Of a stretch of 64,000 bases of DNA, positions 28,635 to 36,410 are shown piece after piece. The notes below the pieces were generated by a model. That model did not search any database. It was given only the letters and a program-made list of their open reading frames with translations, and was not told the DNA's origin. The position numbers and the translations under genes were made by a program. The stretch covers positions 63,505-127,504 of the IMG/VR virus record IMGVR_UViG_3300036790_000468; one strand, written 5' to 3'. Numbering within the stretch: the first letter of the stretch is position 1; the number at the start of each line of letters is the position of its first letter. Origin of the DNA: a virus.

Positions 28635-28639
28635 AGGAG

Positions 28640-28713
28640 TAGCGGTTGCCGGCTCTGCCCCGGCGATCTCTGGGTTATGAGCCCAGCGAGATGACTAGCT
28701 TCTCCAAACCGCG
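28640..28713 (-). tRNA. Initiator-type tRNA-Met (CAT) with non-canonical T-loop
   Basis: CGCGGTT TG GAGA AGCTAGTCA TCTC G CTGGG CTCATAA CCCAG AGATC GCCGG GGCAGAG CCGGC AACCGCT A; unpaired 1:72 and GGG/CCC anticodon stem. Confidence 0.8.
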
Positions 28714-28763
28714 TAGAACGATGGTACGGCGCACCCGCCCAAGATCGCATCCGAATATGCGAA

Positions 28764-28787
28764 GAGCCGCCCAGCGGCGGGCGGCTC
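28764..28787 (-). terminator. Leader terminator-like hairpin
   Basis: GAGCCGCCC/GGGCGGCTC 9-bp stem followed by TTCGCATATT on the minus strand. Confidence 0.6.
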
Positions 28788-28836
28788 ATGCATTGCGGCG
28801 ACTACTCACTGATTTCGGACGCACTGCTCCAGGGGC

Positions 28837-28866
28837 AGCATACGACGCCCGAACGGCGAGTATCAA
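28837..28866 (-). promoter_or_regulatory. Putative late promoter (sigma70/HrdB-like)
   Basis: TTGATA-18 bp-TATGCT on the minus strand. Confidence 0.6.
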
Positions 28867-29132
28867 GTGGGACCCTCCGTCCGCCGTGGCCTGCCGAGGC
28901 GGCGCCGGATCCTGTCCCAGTTCTCGAGCGCGGCGCTGTGGCGTTCGGACTCGACGTTGACCACCTCGAACTCGTTGAACACCGCGCGTCCGGAGACCGG
29001 GTCGATATAGCGAGGGAGCCGGCCGGCGGCGATCCAGCGTTCGATGGTGCGCCGGCTGCGGCCGGTGATCTCGATGACTTCGGCGAGCGTGAGGGGCTTG
29101 AACAGCGGGTCGTCGGCCGGCGGCGGGATCAC
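28863..29132 (-). CDS. HTH DNA-binding protein (excisionase/HTH_17-like)
   Basis: LTLAEVIEITGRSRRTIERWIAAGRL. Confidence 0.85.
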   Translation of the reverse strand: MIPPPADDPLFKPLTLAEVIEITGRSRRTIERWIAAGRLPRYIDPVSGRAVFNEFEVVNVESERHSAALENWDRIRRRLGRPRRTEGPT

Positions 29133-29671
29133 GTCGAGGCCTTCGTCGAGACGTAGGTGAACGGGCCGCGCACTCCGGCGCTGAACCGCTCGGCCGCTTC
29201 CATCGCGGTGCGCAGCCGGGTGCGCGCGGGCCTGCCGAAGGTGGCGTGTAAGGCACCGAGGGCGTAGTCCTGGCCGCAGCCGATCGCGGTGAACGGCTCG
29301 GTGCCTTCGCCGACCGCGTAGTCGCTCCAGAGCTTGAACAGGCGCCCGTGCACTCCGATCAGGAGGATCATGTCGCCCGACTCGACCTCGTTCTCGCGCC
29401 TGGCGTGGCCTCCGTCCTTCAGGCAGGTGCGCGCGGCGTCGACGAAGTCGGTGGCCATGAACCGGGCCAGGTCGTCCTCGGGTTCTGGTACGTCGAAGGC
29501 GTACTGCAGGAGCTGGGCGGCGCGCAGGGACCCGGAGACGCCGAACACGTACGGCCCGTTGGCGAAAACCTTCCCGCCGGGACGCAGGTCCAGGCCCCAG
29601 CCGCTGGTGACGGCGGAGTCCCCGGCGAGGTGGACGCGTCCGGCGTGGATGAGTCCTGCGATGGCGGTCAC
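29129..29671 (-). CDS. HslV/proteasome-subunit-like Ntn threonine protease
   Basis: (M)TAIAG..LAGDSAVT..GKVF..FGVSG..AIGCGQDYALGAL; GTG overlaps upstream stop. Confidence 0.85.
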   Translation of the reverse strand: MTAIAGLIHAGRVHLAGDSAVTSGWGLDLRPGGKVFANGPYVFGVSGSLRAAQLLQYAFDVPEPEDDLARFMATDFVDAARTCLKDGGHARRENEVESGDMILLIGVHGRLFKLWSDYAVGEGTEPFTAIGCGQDYALGALHATFGRPARTRLRTAMEAAERFSAGVRGPFTYVSTKAST

Positions 29672-30522
29672 GCGACCTCCCGCAGGAACGGCGGGACGTC
29701 GTTGCCGAAGACCTCCGCGATCATTGCGGGCGAGACTTTGCCGCGGTCGCGCGCGGTGAGGGCCTGCTTCACCGTCTGCGCCTTGTACTCGGCGGCGGGC
29801 ATCGTGAACTCGGGGCGGCACACGCGGCACCGAATGTACCCGGTGGGCACGCCGTGCTTGTCGAGCTGGTACTCGAGCGAGAGCTTGTCGCACTCGGGGC
29901 AGCGCACGCCCAGGCAGCGCTCGGGTTCGACCGGCTGGGTCTTGGTCATCAGCTGCAGACGCCGGTAGAGGGTGAGCAGCGTCTTGCCGATTCCGAGGCG
30001 CGCGTCGTGCTCTGGGTGCTCGGCGAGCACCCACGCGAGGTGCCGGCGCAGGAAGATGCTCGAGCGGAGGACCGTATGGAGCGGGTTGATGTGCGGCTCG
30101 CGGTCCGGCAGCGCGCGCGCCTTGCGGATCTTGTCCTCCCACTCGGCGACCCACTCGGCGAGCTCGTCCAGGGCGAAGGTCGCGGCCTGGTGCTCGTGCA
30201 CGGCGCGTTCGCGGGTGCCGGCGACGATGCCCTGCGCCTCGGATGCGGCCGCGCCGATCCCGGAGTTGATCTCCATGCTGAGGCGCACCGCGAGCTCCGG
30301 GAGGTCTTGGAGGGCGCCGCGGATCGCGGTCGCGCACGGCGGGCACCACACCGGCTGCCCGTACCGGGGTGCGACCTCGTGGGGCTTACCGTCCTCGGCC
30401 TGGGTCCGCTCGGCGGCGCGGTATCCGGCGTTGCACCGGCCCGGGCACGGCTGGGAGTCAGGATGCTGGTATTCGGCCGGGGTGAGCGGGGGCGGGGGCG
30501 CGTTGCGGTAATCGCGTGGCAT
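29668..30522 (-). CDS. Cys-rich zinc-binding protein, possible late regulator
   Basis: CPGRC, CPPC, CPEC, CRVC pairs; position upstream of late promoter. Confidence 0.6.
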   Translation of the reverse strand: MPRDYRNAPPPPLTPAEYQHPDSQPCPGRCNAGYRAAERTQAEDGKPHEVAPRYGQPVWCPPCATAIRGALQDLPELAVRLSMEINSGIGAAASEAQGIVAGTRERAVHEHQAATFALDELAEWVAEWEDKIRKARALPDREPHINPLHTVLRSSIFLRRHLAWVLAEHPEHDARLGIGKTLLTLYRRLQLMTKTQPVEPERCLGVRCPECDKLSLEYQLDKHGVPTGYIRCRVCRPEFTMPAAEYKAQTVKQALTARDRGKVSPAMIAEVFGNDVPPFLREVA

Positions 30523-30701
30523 CGCACGACTCCAGGGTGAGGGCGGTACTGTGAGGAGTCGGCAACGATCACGCGAGGCCGTCGCAGTGACCGGCTGCGG
30601 CGGCCGAGATCGTTCTGCACATCGTGCGCCGTCGAGCCCTCCATACGCAAGTGCGCAAGGGGATGCGTGGCCAGGTGTTCACACGAGTGCGGAGGAGCGC
30701 C

Positions 30702-31202
30702 GTGAGCGAGGCAGCCGGCGCCATGGACGCGACCGAGCGGGCGTTCGCCGACCCGCGGCCGGGCGACACCTTCCAGGAGTTCTACAACCACCTGATTTAC
30801 ATCGTGCGGGCCCAGGAGACTCTGGTGGCCGTCGTCGAGGCGTACCTGCCGTGCCGGCTGCCGCAGGACGGTCGGCTGCGGGTGTTCGCCTCGCGCGCCG
30901 AGTTCCGCGCCGCCTACAGCCACCAGGCGGGCCCGCGGCGCGACCGGCCGTTCATCCGCCTCACCGGCCGCGGAGCGGACGTGCACGGCTGGTACGAGGA
31001 GCTCGTCCTGCGCGCGGCGCCGGAGGCCGGCGAGGTGCTCGCGGCCGCGACTGCGGTCGACGTGGTCGAGGTGCTCGGCGAGCAGTTGCAGCGCTGGTTC
31101 GAGGCTGACGGGCTCGGGCGGATGGCGCCGGACCGGTGCCGCGAGCGTGCCCGCGAACTGCTCGCCCTGGTGGAGGGCGCGGGCTACGCCGCTGCGGCGT
31201 AG
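30702..31202 (+). CDS. Hypothetical protein
   Basis: GGAGGAG RBS, high GC3. Confidence 0.7.
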   Translation: MSEAAGAMDATERAFADPRPGDTFQEFYNHLIYIVRAQETLVAVVEAYLPCRLPQDGRLRVFASRAEFRAAYSHQAGPRRDRPFIRLTGRGADVHGWYEELVLRAAPEAGEVLAAATAVDVVEVLGEQLQRWFEADGLGRMAPDRCRERARELLALVEGAGYAAAA

Positions 31203-31210
31203 CTGATGGT

Positions 31211-31555
31211 CTAGCGCGTCATGGTGCCCTTGATGACGTCGCGGTACCAAGGGCTGAAGCCGACCTCGAAGGCCTTGGCCGAGACGTCCCTGCGTGCGTG
31301 CCGACGACCGTCGGCGCCGCGAACCATGATGTTGTAGCGCGGCGCCTCGGCGATGATGGCGAGGTCTTCCGCTTCTTCGGCCGCTGCGCGATCGTCGTGC
31401 CAAGCGAGGTCGACTCTCGCTACCTCGCGCCACCATCGCTTGCTGCCGCGGTGGGAGGACAGGCGTTCTTCCGGCCTGTTTGCAACGCCGATGTAGAGCA
31501 GCTCATCGTGCTCGTCAAAGAGCCGATAAACCGCAACTGGGCCAACGTGCGGCAC
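31211..31555 (-). CDS. GIY-YIG nuclease domain protein
   Basis: VYRLFD..LLYIGV..ERLSSH..E..AI..PRYN. Confidence 0.85.
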   Translation of the reverse strand: MPHVGPVAVYRLFDEHDELLYIGVANRPEERLSSHRGSKRWWREVARVDLAWHDDRAAAEEAEDLAIIAEAPRYNIMVRGADGRRHARRDVSAKAFEVGFSPWYRDVIKGTMTR

Positions 31556-31780
31556 TCACTTCTCCCCTTTGTCGATGCTGGTCTCGCCCGGTTCGGAATC
31601 CACCTTGAGGGCTCGAGCAAGCATTTTGCGGATTCCTTCCGGGGTCATGCTGGCGTACGACGCGATCTGACGCAGTGACCTGCCGTCCGCGTGAGCCTCG
31701 AGCACAAGCTGCTCCAAAGCTTCCTGGCCAGCGGTGTTCTTCAACGCCTGCTTCTTGATTCGGCTGCCCACGTCCTCCAC
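31556..31780 (-). CDS. Small HTH regulator
   Basis: GRSLRQIASYASMTPEGIRKML. Confidence 0.8.
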   Translation of the reverse strand: MEDVGSRIKKQALKNTAGQEALEQLVLEAHADGRSLRQIASYASMTPEGIRKMLARALKVDSEPGETSIDKGEK

Positions 31781-31807
31781 GCCTTAGATCATCTCAGGGA
31801 CGAGGCC

Positions 31808-31910
31808 GTCAAGCCAGTGGACGGCGAGCGGAAACCGGCTGCGTCAACTCGGTTGACAGGCTCATCGTGCCCGGGCACACTCGGACTGTCAACTCAGTTG
31901 ACACTCCGAG
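31808..31910. promoter_or_regulatory. Divergent promoter region with palindromic operators
   Basis: GTCAACTCGGTTGAC (31843-57), TGTCAACTCAGTTGACA (31887-903), degenerate copy 31808-22; TTGACA-17-CACACT on +. Confidence 0.75.
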
Positions 31911-31928
31911 CCAGCCTGAGGAGCAGCG

Positions 31929-32360
31929 ATGGACCCCCTCGTCTTCCCGGCCCCGCAGGACCGCCTGCGCCGTGGCGCTAACCGGCGCACGCCGACCGGC
32001 CGCGCTGCTCGCGTCCGCGTCGGCCGGCACGACTCGGTGGCCCGATACCGCGCGGTGCTCGAAGCGACCGCGCGCCGGGCTAACGGAATCAGGGCCACCG
32101 CGGCCGCGTACCTGACCGGCCTCGGCGCCGACGCGGAGTTCATCCGCCGCTTTGCCTCCCAGTTCGGCAAGGCCGCCACCCGCATCCACCGCGACCGCCT
32201 GCACGCCGAGCCCGCGCTCGACGGGCTCGCGATCATCAGCGCCCGTGGACGCCACGGCGCGCGCCACCCGCGGCTGATCGAGGTCAACACCTATCCCGTG
32301 GCGATTTTGGCGCACGCCGCACGCTCCTATCCGCGCACCGCCACACTCATCGGAGCCTGA
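31929..32360 (+). CDS. Basic hypothetical protein
   Basis: GAGGAG RBS; first gene after promoter. Confidence 0.7.
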   Translation: MDPLVFPAPQDRLRRGANRRTPTGRAARVRVGRHDSVARYRAVLEATARRANGIRATAAAYLTGLGADAEFIRRFASQFGKAATRIHRDRLHAEPALDGLAIISARGRHGARHPRLIEVNTYPVAILAHAARSYPRTATLIGA

Positions 32361-32411
32361 CGGGCCGTCACCGCCCGTCACGCCCCGCAACCTCCCGAGA
32401 GGAGCACGGAA

Positions 32412-32936
32412 TTGCCCGCACCATCGTCCAAGGCGGCCACCGTCCTGCTGCCCGTGCGCATCGAGCCGCCCGGCAACGACCAGGTGCTGACCTCGTTCGG
32501 ATTCCGCTTCGAGGCGCTGGATCCGGGCAACCGCCGCGAGCGCGCCGCAGTGCTCCCGGCCGGCTGGTCCCAGCGCCCCGGCAGCGTCCCGTCCGTCACG
32601 CGCCTGATCGACGAGCAGGAGCGCCCCCGGATCATGGTGGCCGAGGGCGGCGAGGGCGGCGCGTCGTTCATGCGGCTCGTCCCGCTCGCCCTGTACGTCG
32701 CCGAGTGCTCCCGCCACGCGCGCGACGTGGTGACCGACCCCGACTGGGCGAGCGTCCCCGCGGTCGAACTGGCGGCCTCCGAACACCTCGAGCGCCTCAT
32801 CCAGGCCGAGGACCTGTGGCGGCTGCGGATCGAGAAGGGCCACGCCACGGAGCTCGCGCGCCGGCGCATTGCTGCGATCGCCGCGCAGCAGCAGTGGTGC
32901 CGCGGCACCCTGATCAAGCTGGAGGCCGTCTCATGA
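32412..32936 (+). CDS. Hypothetical protein
   Basis: GAGGAG RBS before TTG. Confidence 0.7.
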   Translation: MPAPSSKAATVLLPVRIEPPGNDQVLTSFGFRFEALDPGNRRERAAVLPAGWSQRPGSVPSVTRLIDEQERPRIMVAEGGEGGASFMRLVPLALYVAECSRHARDVVTDPDWASVPAVELAASEHLERLIQAEDLWRLRIEKGHATELARRRIAAIAAQQQWCRGTLIKLEAVS

Positions 32937-33466
32937 GCGGGCCGAGGCCTCACACTCCGACCCGGATGTGCCCGCACCGCTGGTGCAGGCGGCTGCACAC
33001 CGCAATGACGTTCGTCTCCCTCATCGCCATTGTCGTGATCATCACGCACACCACTACGGCATCGAACGCCGGCGCGGACGGCCGCTTCTACATCTACACC
33101 GTGATCGTCGGCGTGATCGGCTACTGCGGGAGCCGGGCCGTGACCGGCACGACGGTGGCCCAGATGATGCGGGCCGACCTGAACGACAAGGCGCACGGGA
33201 TCGCGGTCTTGGTGCGGCCGGTGTGGGCTGCGATCGCGGCCTGCATGGACGGCCTGGTTGTCGCGGGCAGCTCGGCTTTCGTCGCTGCAGTGCTCGCGCA
33301 GTCCTCGGCGCCGCTCCTGCCGGCTGACGCGTCCATCTCGTTCGGCACGCTGGCGGCCGGGCTCAGCCTGCCGCTGTTCCGCGACTTCGCGCACAAGATG
33401 GCGACCAAGCCGGTCAAGCCGAAGCGTGTGCTCGTTCCGGCCGCTCAGAGCTTCGGAGGGGCCTGA
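32933..33466 (+). CDS. Membrane protein (about 4 TM)
   Basis: ATGA overlap; hydrophobic segments. Confidence 0.7.
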   Translation: MSGPRPHTPTRMCPHRWCRRLHTAMTFVSLIAIVVIITHTTTASNAGADGRFYIYTVIVGVIGYCGSRAVTGTTVAQMMRADLNDKAHGIAVLVRPVWAAIAACMDGLVVAGSSAFVAAVLAQSSAPLLPADASISFGTLAAGLSLPLFRDFAHKMATKPVKPKRVLVPAAQSFGGA

Positions 33467-33579
33467 TGGTGCGACGTCGCGACTACGTGCACACGACCCC
33501 GGTGTGGTCACGCAACTGGTTCAAGTGGCTCATGTACTACGCGTTCTTCATCGCAGTGATCGTCGTGGTGACGCGCTAG
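33466..33579 (+). CDS. Small single-TM peptide
   Basis: MVRRRDYVHTTPVWSRNWFKWLMYYAFFIAVIVVVTR; GGAGG RBS, TGATG overlap. Confidence 0.6.
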   Translation: MVRRRDYVHTTPVWSRNWFKWLMYYAFFIAVIVVVTR

Positions 33580-33656
33580 CTGGCTTCTCGCGGCGCGCCG
33601 CAGTGCCCCCACGGCGCCTCATTTATCAATCCCCTTACGCAAGGAGTCGGTTCCGC

Positions 33657-34088
33657 ATGTCGATTTTCAACCCGGACGGTGACGTGCGGCCCGGTCGCGT
33701 CGTGACCTACGGGTGCCTGAGCATCCTCCTGATCATCGCGCTGCCGATCACTCTCTGGGTGGCCGGGGTGTTCACCTCCGGGGTGCGCGGCACCGGCAAC
33801 GTCATCCAGCAGCGCAACTCGAGCACGAACCGGGTCGCACAGAACACCACGCTCAACAACGACTCCCAGACGGTCATCGCCGACCACCAGAAGATCACGC
33901 AGATGTCGGCGATCCCCACCGGCCAGCTGACCCCGCAGGACCGGATGGACCTGCAGGGCGCCGAGCAGGTGTGCGACAGCGACGTCGCGGCCTACAACGC
34001 CGCGGCCGCGAACATCCTCGCCCAGGGCCAGCTGCCCGACGCCCTGCCCCAGTCCTACGACGCTTCCACAGAATGCGAGCCCTCCTGA
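33657..34088 (+). CDS. Membrane-anchored secreted protein
   Basis: AAGGAG RBS; N-terminal TM; C..VAAYNA motif. Confidence 0.75.
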   Translation: MSIFNPDGDVRPGRVVTYGCLSILLIIALPITLWVAGVFTSGVRGTGNVIQQRNSSTNRVAQNTTLNNDSQTVIADHQKITQMSAIPTGQLTPQDRMDLQGAEQVCDSDVAAYNAAAANILAQGQLPDALPQSYDASTECEPS

Positions 34089-34711
34089 TGACCAGCAAGA
34101 CCCTGTCCCACAAGCGACGCGTGCGCGTGAGCGCCCTGCTCGCCGGCATCGCGCTCACGGTGGGCCTCACGGCCACCGCGTGCACCTCCTCCTCGACGGC
34201 GACCAGCGCCCAGGGCGCGGTGGACACCTCCGACAGTCAGGCGCAGACCACGTTCAACGAGTTCAGCAGCGCAGTGCCCTACCCGTACACGCAGTGCTCG
34301 GGCAGCAAGTGCACGGCGGCGCCGCCCTCGGACCCGCTCGAGCGGCTCAACCTCGCGGCGCGGCTCAAGGAGTACAACTCGGCCGGCGACACCAACTACG
34401 TCTACGTCTTCGGCTTCAACGGCCAGGTCCTCGGCTACTACGTGATCAAGGGGAAGGTCTCCTCGACCGGCTCGGAGATGACCTCCACCCAGCAGGTGAC
34501 CAACTGCGGCACGGCGAACAACGGCGACAACGGCGGCTGCAGCGTGACCGACGCGATCGGCGACGACGGCTCCTACGGCCCGGAGGAGGGCGGCAGCTTC
34601 GGGGTGTTCTTCTTCACCTCGACCGGCACGCTGGTGGAGACCGACCAGCCGTTCATGGTCTCCTCGACCCCGATCGCCCTGTACTCGAGTGTCCCGCAGT
34701 TGGACAAGTAG
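34088..34711 (+). CDS. Lipoprotein
   Basis: Basic N-terminus, hydrophobic core, lipobox-like TATAC; GKVSS..GDDGSYG..FFFT motifs. Confidence 0.75.
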   Translation: MTSKTLSHKRRVRVSALLAGIALTVGLTATACTSSSTATSAQGAVDTSDSQAQTTFNEFSSAVPYPYTQCSGSKCTAAPPSDPLERLNLAARLKEYNSAGDTNYVYVFGFNGQVLGYYVIKGKVSSTGSEMTSTQQVTNCGTANNGDNGGCSVTDAIGDDGSYGPEEGGSFGVFFFTSTGTLVETDQPFMVSSTPIALYSSVPQLDK

Positions 34712-34722
34712 GTGTCGCGTCG

Positions 34723-36294
34723 ATGTCCCAGACGCTGACGGGCCCGGGCGCGCGCCGTGCCGCCCGGGCCTTTCCGTGGCCGCTGCTGGTGATCCTCGCC
34801 GTGCAGGTCGCGCTCGCCATACCGCTGATCACCTCTTCGGAGATCTTCTCCGACGAGGGCCTCTACCTCTACGCCGGGCACCAGATGCTCGCGCACTGGG
34901 TCCACGGGGTGCCGGTGCAGGACTTCCAGACCTACTTCTCCGGCTCCCCGGCCATCTACCCGCCGCTCGCCGCGCTCGCCGACCACTTCGGCGGCTTGGC
35001 CGGCGCCCGGACGCTCTCGCTGGTCTTCATCCTCGCCACCACCGTCCTGCTCTACGCCACCACCGTGCGGCTGTTCAGCCGCAGCGCCGGGTACCTCGCC
35101 GCGCTGCTGTTCGCCTCGCTCGGGGGCACCCAGTTCCTCGCGGCGCTCGCGACGTACGACACGGTGTCGCTGTTCCTGCTCGCCGCCGCCGTTTACCTGG
35201 CCGTGAGCTCCGGGTACCGCGAGGGGCTGTCCGCCTCCATGCGCGCGTTCGTCGCCTCCCCGCTTCTGGTCGCCCTGGCCAACGCGGCGAAGTACGCCTC
35301 GGCGCTGTGGGACCCGATCGTGATCGCGGTGATCGCGGTCGCCCCGCTCCTCGGCGGCGAGCGCGCCCGGCCCGCGTGGCGGCATGCCGCGCGGTACACC
35401 GCGGTGCTCGCCACAGCCCTCGGCGCGGGCCTGCTGATCGGAAACGCCAAGTACTGGCGGGGGATCATGGACACGACCGTGGCCCGGACCCCGCAGCAGA
35501 TCGGGGTGCCCACCCCGGCCGGGATTGTGCTGCACCTCGTGTGGGCGTGGATCGGCGTCGTGGTCGTCCTCGCCGCGGTGGGGCTGCTGCTCGTGCTCGC
35601 CCGCCCGCACCCGCACCGCGCCCCCATGGGAGTGGTCGCGGCCGCGCTGCTGGCCGGGTGCGTGCTCGCGCCCCTGAACCAGGCCCGCATCGAAACCAGC
35701 GTCAGCCTGCAGAAACACGTGGTGTTCGGGGCCTGGTTCGGGTGCATCCTGGCCGGGCACGCCATCGCCTCCCTCGCCACCTCCCCGCTGCCGGCCCGCG
35801 CGCGCCGGGTGCGCCTGGCGGTGCTCGCCGCGGTGTTCGCGGCAGCGGCCGCCACGGTGCCCGCCGCCTATGCGACGCAGGTCCCGCAGTGGCATCAGTG
35901 GTCCGCCGAGAACCCGGCGTTCATCACCGCCCTGAAGCGGTACACGGTGCCGGGCGCCGGCCGGTACCTGATCGAGGGCCACATGGACATCACCGCCTAC
36001 TACGTCGGGGACGTCACGAGCCTGCAATGGAAAGAGGCCGGCGGCGACGGCTACGACTACACCGACCCCGCCACCGGCCAGAGCGTCACCGGCGACGCCG
36101 CGTATCAGCAGGCAGTCGCGGCCCGCGTCTTCACCTTGATCATCCTGGACGGCGGCGAGCCGACCGACACGGTCATCGAAGCCGCGATCTCCGCAGACGC
36201 CGACTACCACGTCATCGCCCACCTGCCGCCCTCCAGCACGAACTCGTCCGCGGCCTACACCGTGTGGGCTCTGAACCCCGGGGGGAACCCGTGA
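34723..36294 (+). CDS. GT-C fold (GT39/83, PMT-like) polytopic glycosyltransferase
   Basis: DEGLYLYAG acidic motif after TM1; YPPL; AKYA; about 11 TM segments. Confidence 0.85.
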   Translation: MSQTLTGPGARRAARAFPWPLLVILAVQVALAIPLITSSEIFSDEGLYLYAGHQMLAHWVHGVPVQDFQTYFSGSPAIYPPLAALADHFGGLAGARTLSLVFILATTVLLYATTVRLFSRSAGYLAALLFASLGGTQFLAALATYDTVSLFLLAAAVYLAVSSGYREGLSASMRAFVASPLLVALANAAKYASALWDPIVIAVIAVAPLLGGERARPAWRHAARYTAVLATALGAGLLIGNAKYWRGIMDTTVARTPQQIGVPTPAGIVLHLVWAWIGVVVVLAAVGLLLVLARPHPHRAPMGVVAAALLAGCVLAPLNQARIETSVSLQKHVVFGAWFGCILAGHAIASLATSPLPARARRVRLAVLAAVFAAAAATVPAAYATQVPQWHQWSAENPAFITALKRYTVPGAGRYLIEGHMDITAYYVGDVTSLQWKEAGGDGYDYTDPATGQSVTGDAAYQQAVAARVFTLIILDGGEPTDTVIEAAISADADYHVIAHLPPSSTNSSAAYTVWALNPGGNP

Positions 36295-36410
36295 ACTCGC
36301 ACCAGATCCTGGACGTCTCGGTCGCGGCGGGCAGCAGCGCGCTGATCCTCGCCGCCTGGGCGCTCATCCGCCTCACCTTCCGCCGCGGGCGCGGCCTGGA
36401 GGAGGCGTGA
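36291..36410 (+). CDS. Small TM peptide
   Basis: GTGA overlaps at both ends; MNSHQILDVSVAAGSSALILAAWALIRLTFRR... Confidence 0.6.
   Translation: MNSHQILDVSVAAGSSALILAAWALIRLTFRRGRGLEEA

Noticed and set aside
28461-28713. tRNAs as prophage attachment site or boundary
   Set aside because: Phage genes continue on both sides; no integrase or duplicated tRNA 3' end noticed in the window
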